NCBI GenBank assembly: GCA_050633245.1
Contig: JBOEGD010000004.1
Location: 77,866-141,865 of the forward strand
Length of the DNA: 64,000 nt
Source of the DNA: Calditrichia bacterium
GTDB lineage: Bacteria > Calditrichota > Calditrichia > RBG-13-44-9 > J075
Reading direction: 5' to 3'
Shown here: positions 7,981-18,370 of the stretch, piece by piece
Position numbering within the stretch: position 1 is the stretch's first letter
Layout of the letters: the number at the start of each line of letters is the position of its first letter
The notes under the pieces: generated by a model
Database searches by the model: none
What the model saw: the letters and a program-made list of their open reading frames with translations, nothing else
What the model was told of the DNA's origin: nothing
Program-made: the position numbers and the translations under genes

Positions 7981-10848
7981 TTATGCTGTTTCCTCAACCA
8001 GTCGGTCTGTCACTTTTTCTTTCCACTGCTTCAGCTCTTCAGCAACGTAGGTGCCGGTATAGGAGGTCTTGTGCCTGGCCAATTTTTCCGGAGCGCCGGT
8101 TGCGATTATTTTACCGCCATTGTCTCCACCTTCAGGGCCAAGGTCAATTATCCAGTCCGCCGTTTTAATGACGTCAAGATTATGTTCAATAACAACCACT
8201 GTATTGCCTTTCTCAACAAGTCTGTCCAGCACGCTAAGCAGCATCTGAATATCGTCGAAATGCAGACCGGTTGTGGGCTCATCAAGTATATAGATGGTTC
8301 TTCCGGTTCCTACTCGGGAAAGTTCTGTTGCGAGCTTCACGCGCTGTGCTTCGCCACCACTCAGTGTTGTTGCTCGTTGTCCCAGTTGAATATAGCTTAA
8401 GCCAACATCAAATAGCGTCTGTAGCTTTCGTTTGATACGCGGGATTTTATCAAAAAACTCCAACGATTCTTCAACCGTCATTGCCAGCACATCAGAGATC
8501 GACTTGTTGCGATAGCGAATTTCCAAAGTCTCCCTATTGTAGCGTTTACCGTTGCAGGTCTCGCAAGTCACGTAGACATCAGGCAGGAAGTGCATTTCAA
8601 TCTTCTTAACACCATCGCCCTCACAAGCCTCACATCGTCCGCCTTTTACATTGAAACTAAAACGGCCTGGCTTATAGCCACGAATCTTAGATTCGGGTAG
8701 TTGAGTAAATAAATCGCGAATGTGAGTAAAAAGCCCGGTGTAGGTTGCCGGATTAGACCTTGGTGTGCGTCCAATTGGCGATTGATCGATATCGATAACC
8801 TTATCGAGATTCTCAAGCCCCTCAATTGTTTTATAGGGCAGTGCTATTTTCTTGCTGTTGTGAAAATGAGCGGCCAAAAGGGGATAGAGCGTGCTGTTTA
8901 TTAAGGTGCTCTTACCTGACCCCGAAACACCGGTGATCGCTGTAAACGTCCCTAATGGAAAGGTTGCGGTAACGTTCTTCAGGTTGTTGCCGTTTGCTCC
9001 CTTTAAGACTAGCTTCTCGCCATTGCCCTTGCGTCGTTGCGCAGGCACCGAAATATATTTTTCAAACGATAAGTATTGACCGGTAGTAGAGCCGGGAGTT
9101 GCAGCAACCTCTTCGGGGGTCCCGGCGGCAACTATTTCACCACCATTCTTGCCCGCTGCGGGACCAAGGTCTATAACATAGTCGGCTTTTTCAATCGTTT
9201 CGCGGTCGTGTTCAACAACCAGAACCGTATTCCCCAGATCACGCAGGTGAATAAGGGTTTCAATCAATCGACTATTGTCGCGTTGATGCAGTCCGATAGA
9301 TGGTTCATCTAACACGTATAAAACGCCAACGAGTTGACTACCGATTTGTGTTGCAAGCCGGATGCGCTGCGCTTCACCTCCGGAAAGTGTTCCCGCCGTT
9401 CTACTTAGGGTCAGATAATCAAGGCCAACATTTAACAAAAATGATAGCCGGCTCTTGATCTCTTTTAATATTTGCTCGGCGATAATTGTATCGCGTTTCG
9501 ATAGGGAGAGGCCATCGAAGAAATCGTAGGCCTTCCGAATGTTTAATGTAGTTACATCTGCGATGTTTCGCTTGTCTATTCGCACCATCAGAGCTTCCGC
9601 TCTCAGACGTGCGCCGTTGCATTCCGGGCAGCTTACGTCATTCATGAAGCCCTCTATCCAGTTTCGGATGTGGTTAGAGCCGGTCTGACGATACCGTCGC
9701 CATAGATTGTTTATTATTCCCTCGAATCGAACAGCAAATTCGTATTTGGCGTGCTTCCGCTTTACTTTTACGTTAATGCGACTGTCACCACTACCATGTA
9801 AAATTAAATCGCGAACATCCTGGTCCAATTTATCCCACGGAATATTTAGATCGAAACCTGCGTCCTCAGCTAGCGCGTAAATCATTTCAAATTGCCAGCT
9901 GGAGCGCTCAGCACCAACCGGTGCGACCGCTCCTTCTGCAATACTTAGGCTGCTGTTAGGCACCAACAGACGTGGATCGAGTTCTTTTTTACTACCAAGT
10001 CCATCACAGGATTGGCAGGCCCCGTATGGGCTATTGAAGGAAAATGTTCGTGGCTCCAGTTCTTCAAAACTGACGCCGCAGGTATTACACGAAAACTGCT
10101 CACTAAAAAGCGTTTCTTCATCTGCATCAATGTTGTCGAGAATAACCAGTCCGCTCGCCATTTTCAGAGCCGACTCAACCGACTCGGTCAAGCGCTGTTT
10201 CCCCTTCGGTTGAATCTTAAGGCGATCAACAACGACTTCAATATTATGCTTAATTTTTTTATTGAGCGAAATCTCATCTTCAATGCCGTGTAGTTTGCCA
10301 TCCACACGTACGCGTACATAACCCTCGCGCTTAATTTCTTCGAAGAGTTCGCGATACTCGCCCTTTCGACCGCGAACTACCGGGGCAAGAATCTGCACCC
10401 GAGTGCCTTCCGGAGTTGCAAGTATGGCATCCACAATTTCCTGAGGCGTTTGACGGGTGATGGGCTTGCCGCATTTGCTGCAATATGGTACACCAACGCG
10501 AGCATAAAGTAGCCGCAGATAATCATAAATCTCGGTAACGGTTGCGACTGTTGACCGTGGATTTTTGTGCGTTGTTTTTTGCTCAATCGAGATGGCAGGG
10601 GAGAGGCCATCTATATAATCGACATCTGGCTTTTCCATTAAACCAAGAAATTGCCGGGCATAAGCGCTTAGAGATTCAACGTAGCGACGTTGTCCTTCGG
10701 CATAGATGGTATCGAAGGCAAGACTGGATTTACCAGAGCCTGAGAGACCGGTAATTACAACCAGTTTTTCTCGTGGAATATGGACGTCTATGTTTTTGAG
10801 ATTGTGTTCGCGGGCGCCTTTTACGACTAAGAAATCTTTTTTCGACAT
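7981..10848 (-). CDS. uvrA: Excinuclease ABC subunit A
   Basis: [19 protein letters not shown], two [11 protein letters not shown] signatures and zinc fingers. Likely start ATG 10848 (MSKKDF). Confidence 0.98.
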   Translation of the reverse strand: MSKKDFLVVKGAREHNLKNIDVHIPREKLVVITGLSGSGKSSLAFDTIYAEGQRRYVESLSAYARQFLGLMEKPDVDYIDGLSPAISIEQKTTHKNPRSTVATVTEIYDYLRLLYARVGVPYCSKCGKPITRQTPQEIVDAILATPEGTRVQILAPVVRGRKGEYRELFEEIKREGYVRVRVDGKLHGIEDEISLNKKIKHNIEVVVDRLKIQPKGKQRLTESVESALKMASGLVILDNIDADEETLFSEQFSCNTCGVSFEELEPRTFSFNSPYGACQSCDGLGSKKELDPRLLVPNSSLSIAEGAVAPVGAERSSWQFEMIYALAEDAGFDLNIPWDKLDQDVRDLILHGSGDSRINVKVKRKHAKYEFAVRFEGIINNLWRRYRQTGSNHIRNWIEGFMNDVSCPECNGARLRAEALMVRIDKRNIADVTTLNIRKAYDFFDGLSLSKRDTIIAEQILKEIKSRLSFLLNVGLDYLTLSRTAGTLSGGEAQRIRLATQIGSQLVGVLYVLDEPSIGLHQRDNSRLIETLIHLRDLGNTVLVVEHDRETIEKADYVIDLGPAAGKNGGEIVAAGTPEEVAATPGSTTGQYLSFEKYISVPAQRRKGNGEKLVLKGANGNNLKNVTATFPLGTFTAITGVSGSGKSTLINSTLYPLLAAHFHNSKKIALPYKTIEGLENLDKVIDIDQSPIGRTPRSNPATYTGLFTHIRDLFTQLPESKIRGYKPGRFSFNVKGGRCEACEGDGVKKIEMHFLPDVYVTCETCNGKRYNRETLEIRYRNKSISDVLAMTVEESLEFFDKIPRIKRKLQTLFDVGLSYIQLGQRATTLSGGEAQRVKLATELSRVGTGRTIYILDEPTTGLHFDDIQMLLSVLDRLVEKGNTVVVIEHNLDVIKTADWIIDLGPEGGDNGGKIIATGAPEKLARHKTSYTGTYVAEELKQWKEKVTDRLVEETA

Positions 10849-10903
10849 AGGATCGGGTACTTGGGGTTTCAGGTTTGTCTTAGTGAACATAAATACACGG
10901 CCA

Positions 10904-10932
10904 AATATAGCGGATATTGATATGCACATCAA
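10904..10932 (-). promoter_or_regulatory. Sigma70-type promoter for uvrA
   Basis: TTGATG-N17-TATATT on the - strand, the same pattern as seven other sites in the window. Confidence 0.6.
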
Positions 10933-11116
10933 GCGTTATTTTAAGAGAAAGGGCAATATCAACAGTTTTTATCCGAGTAAAGGGTAGCGTTTTTTGTTTT
11001 TTCAGTTACGCAACAAATGATCTGCATCATCTTCAATTTATGTGAACAAAATTACTATTTCTTTATTGAATCTTGAGTTGAATCCAACCAAAGCGACACC
11101 GCTGAAGAGTAGTATT

Positions 11117-14100
11117 ATGGATGATACGATTTTCAGGAAGTTTGAAAATACGCGCAAAGAATTGCTTGATCTCGATCTGCGAAACGTTCGCTTGAATTTT
11201 CGCAATACAGCTAAGCAAATCACGGTATTGCAGCCTTCTACCGCCCATTGCTTCAACCATCTGGTTGAAAAGGGATTGCCATTTTCCTTCCTGCCCAACA
11301 ACACGCAATTGCGCGATGAGGATACCGATACCGATGTTCCTTCAGTCGCGCTATTGGATGAAGATGCTGAGTCTGAGTACTCTCGCTCGACCGAGACGCT
11401 CGCCGATTCGCAACTGCTTACCCGTCACAAAACGGAATCCCTACAAAAACGCCTGCTAAAAATTCATGCTGACTCTCGTTTGTATCTCGAAGAACGCGGA
11501 ATTAATGCGTTATACCTCGCTACCGGCTTCCTGCATTGGTTTGATGAAAAAAGTAGCGGAGAGTTACGAAAAGCTCCACTTTTATTAATTCCGGTAGAAT
11601 TACTCCGTGCCGATGCCAAGTCTGAATATGAGTTGATATATACCGGTGAAGATATCGACTTCAACGCCGCCCTGGTAGAAAAGCTTTATCACGAATATCA
11701 TCTAAAAATTCCACTGATAGAGAGCGCAGAGAACATCTCACTGGATTATTTTTTCCGCCAGGTTCAGGAAGCAGTAGCAGAGAAGCCCACCTGGAATGTA
11801 GTTCCTGATGAGGTGCATCTGGGTATTTTTGCCTCCGGTCGTTTTCAGATGTATAAAGATCTGGACACCGCTCTCTGGCCAAGTGATAAAAAGCCTGATG
11901 AACATCCGTTGATAAATACGATCCTCGGTCTTGGGTTTATGGAAGATGAGAAGATGGAGATGCCTGACTCCATCGATCGCTATTTGGAGCCAAAAGGCCT
12001 TCCACTGATCCTGGATGCAGACGGTTCACAAACACAGGCGATTCTGGCCATGAAAGCTGGAAAGAACCTGGTTGTGCAAGGCCCCCCCGGAACGGGTAAG
12101 TCGCAAACGATTGCCAATATGTTGGCAACAGCAATAGCACTCCGCAAGAAGGTGTTGTTCGTTTCCGATAAGCGAGCTGCACTTGAAGTGGTGAAGCGTC
12201 GTCTCGATGAAGCAGATATTGGCGATCTGGCGCTTGAGTTACACAGCCAGAAGGCCACAAAGAAAGGTTTTGTTCAGGAGCTTGCACTGGCTTTGGAACC
12301 TGCCGGGCTAAAAAGCCGCGATGGACTTGATGAGGTTACAACGCTTATCAGACATCGTAAATCTGTGAACGATTACTTTCGTATTATTACCATGCCGATT
12401 GGCAATTCGCAAACCTCTTTTTTCGACGCTGCCGGGCAAATTTTAAAACTTTCGCCGGAAGATCCACATCGACCTACAGAGTTCGACAGCACACAAATGG
12501 TCGATTGGGAAGAGACAGACTATACCCAGTTTCGCAGTAAAGTTGAGGGGATTGCCGATTATTTACTGCATACCGGCACCCGCAAAGGAAATCCATTCAA
12601 TGAATCACGCCTCATTCAGTTTCTTCCTACCGAAGAAGCTGCCCTTAGAGACGAGTTGAATCAGCTGCTCGCAACGATTAAAAAGCTTTTCGAACAGTCC
12701 TCAACCTTCGCAGGAAAATTGCAGCTTTCCTATAGCGATACCATTGTTGGCATCACTGAAATGTGTACAATTGCCAAGCTTATTGAAAGCTCGCCTGAAC
12801 TAAGCGGCATGAAACTGGATTCGCAGTTCTGGTTAAAAGAAGATGCAAATATTCGAAAGCTCCTCGAGTCGGGAAAGCGTCATACCGATATCAGACGTAA
12901 GCATAGACAGACATTTGTAACCTCAGCCTGGAATACCGATCTCAGTGAAACTCGCGCCATACTCAATCTGAATAGCTCGAACAAGCTGCGTAAATTCTCT
13001 GCTCGTTATCGTGCTGCTTGTGCTCAGCTTGCCAGCATCATGAATTACGAGCCGCCTGATTCATTTATTGAACAGATGGAGCTGATCGATGCGGTGCAGG
13101 AAGCTCAAAAGCTGCGACGTATTATAAAGAAGCACGACAATTTGGCCGGAATAATCTTTGGCCCACATTGGAAAGGCGTACACTCAGACTGGAATCAGCT
13201 ATTAGCTGCCACAGACTATGTGCAGGATGTGCAGCGCCAAATAGATGTAGAAGCTTTGCCTGAAACCGTCTTGGTCGCACTGGGAAGAACCATTCGCAAA
13301 GAAAAACTGGGAATGGCTATTATGCGCATAACTAAACTTCAGGACGAACACATTGATCAGGCAATGAAAGTGCAGCAGCGGTTGCAGCTAAACGTCGAAG
13401 AAGGTGAAGAGGCCGATTGGGGACGCAATTTAACCGAACAAATGAAACTCCTGAAATCCTGGATTAGTAACTTGCCGCAGCTGCGCCAAACCACCGCATT
13501 GAATAATCGCCTCCAGGCCCTCAGGGAGACGGGAGCAGACTTTCTGGCAGATCAGTTACTGCACTGGAAAAAATCTCCTAAGACAATCTTATGGGAATTT
13601 GACTATGCCTGGTATTTTGGTCTGATCAATCGTGCCTACGGAGACCATCCCGAACTCAATGGACTTGATGGAATTGCCCTGGCGCAGCATCTTACCAAGT
13701 TCCGTAAGTTAGATCATCTGCTTCAACGCTATAATCGTCTGCGTCTCCGCAATTTTTATCTAACCAATCGCAAAGAAGCTGGCCATGATGTTCAAATGAA
13801 TATCATTAAGCGCGAGGTTCACAAAAAGCGACTGCACATGCCGGTTCGTAAGCTCTTGGAAGAAGCTGGTGATGCCATTCAGACGCTCAAGCCAATCTTC
13901 ATGATGAGCCCGATGTCTGTTTCAACATTCCTGCCGCGGGGCGCTATTGAATTCGATCTTGTTATCTTTGATGAAGCCAGTCAGGTTCGCCCGGCCGATG
14001 CTTTTGGCTCGATCGTGAGGGCAAAACAGTTGATTGTGGTGGGAGATGAAAGACAACTACCTCCGACGCGCTTCTTCGAACAGCAGTTCTCCGAAGGTGT

Positions 14101-15928
14101 TACTCCTGATTACGACAGTACAAAAGCGAATGAAAGCATTCTCGATTTGCTACTTTCCCGTAACACGCCATCACACATGTTGCGGTGGCACTATCGCAGC
14201 CGCCATCAGTCTCTGATTGCGGTATCCAATCGTGAGTTTTACGATAACGGGATTCTCATTTTCCCGGCAGCGGGCTACGAAACTGATGCCAGCGGACTTT
14301 CTTTTGTTCATTTACCTCACACGCATTACGAGCGTGGGAAGTCTGCCACAAATCCAATGGAAGCTCATCTTGTCGCAAAAGCGGTTATTGATCATGCTCG
14401 CCGTTCACCACATCTTACGCTCGGTGTAGTAGCATTTAGTATGAGTCAACGCGATCGCATTCAGCTTGAACTGGAAGCACTGCGTAAAGCAAACCCCGAC
14501 TGCGAAGGTTTTTTCGAATCGAATAAATTAGAGCAGGTATTTGTAAAGAATCTTGAAACGGTGCAGGGAGATGAACGCGACGTTATTCTAATCAGTATTG
14601 GTTATGGCAAGGATGATAAAGGCGCCATGGGCATGAACTTCGGCCCGCTAAACCAGGATGGTGGCGAGCGACGATTGAATGTGTTGATAACCCGTGCGCG
14701 AAAAGCATTAATCGTCTATGGCAATTTCTTACCGGAAGAGTTAGATCTTGAACGCACTCGCAGTGTCGGTTTACGTGCCTTGCGCAATTTTTTACACTAC
14801 GCAAGAACTGGGCGTCTGGAATTCTTCGATACGGTTGGAAAGATGCCGGAATCTCCCTTTGAACAGGCTTTGCTTGCTGCGCTGCGCAACAATGGTATTC
14901 CCGTTGAACCCAAGGTTGGTACAGCAGGCTGCTTTATTGATATTGCTGTAAAAGATCCGCGCGGTGATGGCGGCTATCTGCTTGGAATTGAATGCGATGG
15001 TGTAGCCGATGCCAATACGCGTTCGGCTCGGGATCGCGATCGTATTCGACACGAAATTCTCGAAGATCTTGGCTGGCGTCTCTATCGCATTTGGAGCACA
15101 GACTGGTATAATAATCCACAGTTCGAGATGGATCGCCTCCTGGAAGCAATCGAAGAAGAGCGCAAAAGTCGTCCCGCGCCTGCACGAAAATGGACACCAC
15201 CGGTTGATCAGGAAGTCCCGCGTGCGCAATCCAAATCTACTTCTGAGCCTGTCTCACAGGCAGAGCCCGAGCCGGAAGTCGAGCCAAAACCGAAAGCAAG
15301 ACCAGGAACTCTCGATTTTGATGATGAAGACATGGAAACCGGTCTGACGCCATCGCAAAAGATGGTAATTGCTATTGCCAAACCCTATGAAATGGCGCGT
15401 GTCTCTACGCCAAATAGTGGAGACGAAATACAGAGAATGCCAACCGGTCAGCTGTTGAATCAGATTAAAACAATTGTTCGTATTGAATCACCAATCCATT
15501 TTCAGGCAATTGCACATCGTTTTCTTGGCACCGTGAACGGAAAGCCCAGTGACCAGCGCAATGTCGACAGATTGAGAGAGGTGGTGAATTCCGGCTGCAC
15601 GACTGAAGCTTTTTATATGCGTGAAAATTTTTTATGGGCGATGGCAAAGAAACCACCGGTTGAAATTCGTGACCGCGCATTATTGCCAGATTCAATGCGC
15701 CGTCTTGAATGGATTGCACGAGAAGAAATTGCCATGGCTTTTGACCGTATTGTGCGTGCTGCGGGTCCGATTAAAATACACTCCGCAACACAGGAGGTCA
15801 GCAAGATTCTTGGAATGGGCTTTCCGCACACTGAAGAAGAACATTTGTTAAGCAATGTTGGATTATTTTTAGTTGAGAATGGTTATTTGCATTTGGACAA
15901 CCAAAATCAACTGCGAGTTGCCGGCTAA
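11117..15928 (+). CDS. DUF4011 / SF1 (Upf1-like) helicase / Vsr-like (DUF559/MTES_1575) nuclease / DUF3320 protein, Hhe-like architecture
   Basis: N-terminal LLDLDLRN..LNF and EERGINALYLATGFLHW..APLLLIPVEL. Walker A QGPPGTGKSQT, then FDEASQ, VGDERQLPP, LRWHYRS, VQGDERD, RRLNVLITRA, ESPFE..GIECDG..LGWRLYRIWSTDW and IVRIESPIH. Likely start ATG 11117 (ORF is open from 11042). Confidence 0.9.
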   Translation: MDDTIFRKFENTRKELLDLDLRNVRLNFRNTAKQITVLQPSTAHCFNHLVEKGLPFSFLPNNTQLRDEDTDTDVPSVALLDEDAESEYSRSTETLADSQLLTRHKTESLQKRLLKIHADSRLYLEERGINALYLATGFLHWFDEKSSGELRKAPLLLIPVELLRADAKSEYELIYTGEDIDFNAALVEKLYHEYHLKIPLIESAENISLDYFFRQVQEAVAEKPTWNVVPDEVHLGIFASGRFQMYKDLDTALWPSDKKPDEHPLINTILGLGFMEDEKMEMPDSIDRYLEPKGLPLILDADGSQTQAILAMKAGKNLVVQGPPGTGKSQTIANMLATAIALRKKVLFVSDKRAALEVVKRRLDEADIGDLALELHSQKATKKGFVQELALALEPAGLKSRDGLDEVTTLIRHRKSVNDYFRIITMPIGNSQTSFFDAAGQILKLSPEDPHRPTEFDSTQMVDWEETDYTQFRSKVEGIADYLLHTGTRKGNPFNESRLIQFLPTEEAALRDELNQLLATIKKLFEQSSTFAGKLQLSYSDTIVGITEMCTIAKLIESSPELSGMKLDSQFWLKEDANIRKLLESGKRHTDIRRKHRQTFVTSAWNTDLSETRAILNLNSSNKLRKFSARYRAACAQLASIMNYEPPDSFIEQMELIDAVQEAQKLRRIIKKHDNLAGIIFGPHWKGVHSDWNQLLAATDYVQDVQRQIDVEALPETVLVALGRTIRKEKLGMAIMRITKLQDEHIDQAMKVQQRLQLNVEEGEEADWGRNLTEQMKLLKSWISNLPQLRQTTALNNRLQALRETGADFLADQLLHWKKSPKTILWEFDYAWYFGLINRAYGDHPELNGLDGIALAQHLTKFRKLDHLLQRYNRLRLRNFYLTNRKEAGHDVQMNIIKREVHKKRLHMPVRKLLEEAGDAIQTLKPIFMMSPMSVSTFLPRGAIEFDLVIFDEASQVRPADAFGSIVRAKQLIVVGDERQLPPTRFFEQQFSEGVTPDYDSTKANESILDLLLSRNTPSHMLRWHYRSRHQSLIAVSNREFYDNGILIFPAAGYETDASGLSFVHLPHTHYERGKSATNPMEAHLVAKAVIDHARRSPHLTLGVVAFSMSQRDRIQLELEALRKANPDCEGFFESNKLEQVFVKNLETVQGDERDVILISIGYGKDDKGAMGMNFGPLNQDGGERRLNVLITRARKALIVYGNFLPEELDLERTRSVGLRALRNFLHYARTGRLEFFDTVGKMPESPFEQALLAALRNNGIPVEPKVGTAGCFIDIAVKDPRGDGGYLLGIECDGVADANTRSARDRDRIRHEILEDLGWRLYRIWSTDWYNNPQFEMDRLLEAIEEERKSRPAPARKWTPPVDQEVPRAQSKSTSEPVSQAEPEPEVEPKPKARPGTLDFDDEDMETGLTPSQKMVIAIAKPYEMARVSTPNSGDEIQRMPTGQLLNQIKTIVRIESPIHFQAIAHRFLGTVNGKPSDQRNVDRLREVVNSGCTTEAFYMRENFLWAMAKKPPVEIRDRALLPDSMRRLEWIAREEIAMAFDRIVRAAGPIKIHSATQEVSKILGMGFPHTEEEHLLSNVGLFLVENGYLHLDNQNQLRVAG

Positions 15929-16056
15929 GTTTAATCATTTTTGATGTAGATTTCTCCTTCCAAAGATTCACCTTGACATTAACCCACAATTTTCGTTCTT
16001 TCATAAAAGCTCAACGAGCGTTTTAGGTGTGCGAACCTACGACGGTGAGAGTTTAA

Positions 16057-16680
16057 ATGATTTCCCTACTTCGAAAGCTTATTCCCCCTGCGGAATGGCA
16101 ACGGCCGGTAATCCTGCTTTCAGGAATAATAACCGGCTTAGCATTTTTTATTGCGTGGATTGCCAATGTCGGATCTTATCTAACAGATGATCCGAGAGCC
16201 TGCGTCAATTGTCACGTTATGACCCCTCAATACATTACCTGGAGCCATAGCTCTCATAAGGATGTGACAACTTGTAATGATTGTCATGTACCTCAGGATA
16301 ATGTGTTTAAAACCTACCTGTTCAAAGCCAAAGACGGATTGTATCACGCATCCATTTATACACTGCGTGCAGAGCCTCAGGCCATTGTGATGCATGAAGC
16401 GGGGCGGACTGCCGTGCAGAATAACTGCATACGTTGTCATGGTGATCAGGTAACTGATGCACGGACGGCATCACAGGTTGAGGGGCATGCTGCAAGCAGA
16501 TTGGAGCGAACCTGTTGGGATTGTCATCGTGAAACGCCGCATGGACGCGTGAGAAGCCTTGCTTCAGTTGGGTTTTATGCTGAGCCACTTCCTATTAAAG
16601 AACAGCAGAAACATATTGTTCCGGACTGGCTGGATGCCGCCGTTATTCATTCTAATACGACAAAACGGAGATCGAAATGA
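16057..16680 (+). CDS. nrfH: Cytochrome c nitrite reductase small (tetraheme, NapC/NirT family) subunit
   Basis: N-terminal TM, SYLTDDPRACVNCH, four CxxCH motifs (CVNCH, CNDCH, CIRCH, CWDCH). ATGA overlap with nrfA. Confidence 0.95.
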   Translation: MISLLRKLIPPAEWQRPVILLSGIITGLAFFIAWIANVGSYLTDDPRACVNCHVMTPQYITWSHSSHKDVTTCNDCHVPQDNVFKTYLFKAKDGLYHASIYTLRAEPQAIVMHEAGRTAVQNNCIRCHGDQVTDARTASQVEGHAASRLERTCWDCHRETPHGRVRSLASVGFYAEPLPIKEQQKHIVPDWLDAAVIHSNTTKRRSK

Positions 16681-18182
16681 GTGCATCCTCAAAGAATTGG
16701 CTGCTGTTTATTGCCACGGCCATTGTGGTTGTCGCATTAAGTCTTTTAGCAAACAGCATTATCAATCGCAAAGCTGAGTCACAGTTTGCCTATCAGCCGC
16801 AAATAGATATTGCAGAGAACGAGCCGCGAAATGACGTGTGGGGAGAGCACTTTCCTCGTCAATATCAATCCTTTCTGCGCACGAAAGACACCTCTTTGGT
16901 CACCGCGCTAAACGGTTCAAAGCTGCGTGATGCGCTGGCAGAAGATCCGCGTCTGGTCGTGCTTTGGGCGGGATATGGTTTTTCCAAAGACTACAATCAA
17001 CCACGGGGACATGCCTATGCAATAGAGGATCTTCGCAATTCTCTGCGTACCGGTGCGCCAACCGGCCCGGGAACCGGTCCAATGCCATCAACCTGTTGGT
17101 CCTGTAAGAGCCCGGACGTTCCGCGATTGATGCAGGAGCGCGGACTTGCAGAATTCTACAGTGGGAAGTGGGCTGATAAAGGATCTGAAGTCGTAAATAA
17201 TATTGGCTGTGCAGATTGCCATAATCCCGATAATATGACGCTACGAATCTCACGACCGGCACTTGTTGAAGCATTCGATGCAATGGGAAAAGATATTAAC
17301 CAAGCCTCTCATCAGGAAATGCGTTCGCTTGTGTGCGCACAATGTCATTCTGAGTATTACTTCAACAAGAAAGTTCCCGGCAATGAAGGTGTGCCGTATC
17401 TAACATTTCCATGGAAAAACGGCACATCGGTTGAAGCGATGGAAAAATACTATGACGACCTCGAGTTTACCGATTGGACCCACACGCTAAGCAAGGCACC
17501 GATGTTAAAGGCTCAACATCCCGGCTATGAACTCTATCTGACTGGCGTGCATGCTAAGCGCGGTGTTGCCTGTGCCGACTGTCATATGCCATATAAAGCC
17601 GAAGGCGGGCAGAAATTTACCGATCACCATATTCGGTCACCATTGGGTAATGTAGCGAATGCCTGTCAGGTTTGTCATCGCCAGGAAAAGCAAATGCTGC
17701 TGGACGATGTGTTTGAGCGCCAGTCTCGAATTAAGAAAACACAGCAAAAATTGGAAGAACTGCTGGTTCGCGCTCATGTGGAGGCTAAGAAAGCATGGGA
17801 TCTTGGTGCAACCGAGCAGCAAATGACATCGATTCTGAAGGATATTCGCCATGCGCAATGGCGTTGGGATTATTCCATTGCTTCGCATGGCGGCAGCTTC
17901 CATTCGCCCGTTGAAGCGAGTCGAATTGTTTCTACCGGAACAGCGATTGCTCAGGAAGCCAGAGTGAAGCTGGCTCGGCTATTGGCTGAGCTGGGATTCA
18001 ATCGTGAAGTGCCCTACCCGGATATTTCCACTAAAGCCAAGGCTCAAATTTTGGTTGGATTGGATATTCCGAAGCTCGAACGTGAAAAGAGAGCATTTAA
18101 AGAGAATGTCGTTCCGAAATGGGATGAGGCGGCCAAAGCTCGCGAGGCGGCGATGGATAGTGAACCGATATCGTTGCGTTAA
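16677..18182 (+). CDS. nrfA: Ammonia-forming pentaheme cytochrome c nitrite reductase
   Basis: Lys-ligated CWSCK heme 1 plus four CxxCH motifs; LWAGYGFSKDYNQPRGH, KAQHP, AQWRWD and ASHG. Confidence 0.97.
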   Translation: MSASSKNWLLFIATAIVVVALSLLANSIINRKAESQFAYQPQIDIAENEPRNDVWGEHFPRQYQSFLRTKDTSLVTALNGSKLRDALAEDPRLVVLWAGYGFSKDYNQPRGHAYAIEDLRNSLRTGAPTGPGTGPMPSTCWSCKSPDVPRLMQERGLAEFYSGKWADKGSEVVNNIGCADCHNPDNMTLRISRPALVEAFDAMGKDINQASHQEMRSLVCAQCHSEYYFNKKVPGNEGVPYLTFPWKNGTSVEAMEKYYDDLEFTDWTHTLSKAPMLKAQHPGYELYLTGVHAKRGVACADCHMPYKAEGGQKFTDHHIRSPLGNVANACQVCHRQEKQMLLDDVFERQSRIKKTQQKLEELLVRAHVEAKKAWDLGATEQQMTSILKDIRHAQWRWDYSIASHGGSFHSPVEASRIVSTGTAIAQEARVKLARLLAELGFNREVPYPDISTKAKAQILVGLDIPKLEREKRAFKENVVPKWDEAAKAREAAMDSEPISLR

Positions 18183-18219
18183 TGCTGACTGACGTTAAAT
18201 AGAAAAAATTACCTTTTAG

Positions 18220-18317
18220 TTTTGTCACCTCGAGCGGAGTCGAGAGGCTAAGAAGCTCTGGATAGGGCTTCGGCGGAGTCTATGCCGAGCGCAGTCGAGG
18301 TGCTCAGTCTGACAAAA
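18220..18317. repeat. REP/MITE-like palindromic element between convergent genes
   Basis: Ends TTTTGTCA...TGACAAAA are inverted. Internal units CGAGCGGAGTCGAG and CGAGCGCAGTCGAG resemble the GTCAnnnnGAGCGnAGTCGA-type REPs I recognise from FCB genomes. Confidence 0.65.
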
Positions 18318-18370
18318 TTCAATAATGAAAAGTTTGTATCTAATATTTTTACCAGATGACTTTAGCCGCG

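Noticed and set aside
7831-8400. 189-aa + strand ORF and the many other 60-150-aa shadow ORFs inside long genes
   Set aside because: They are antisense or out-of-frame shadows of well-supported genes such as uvrA, leuS, ileS and rpoN.
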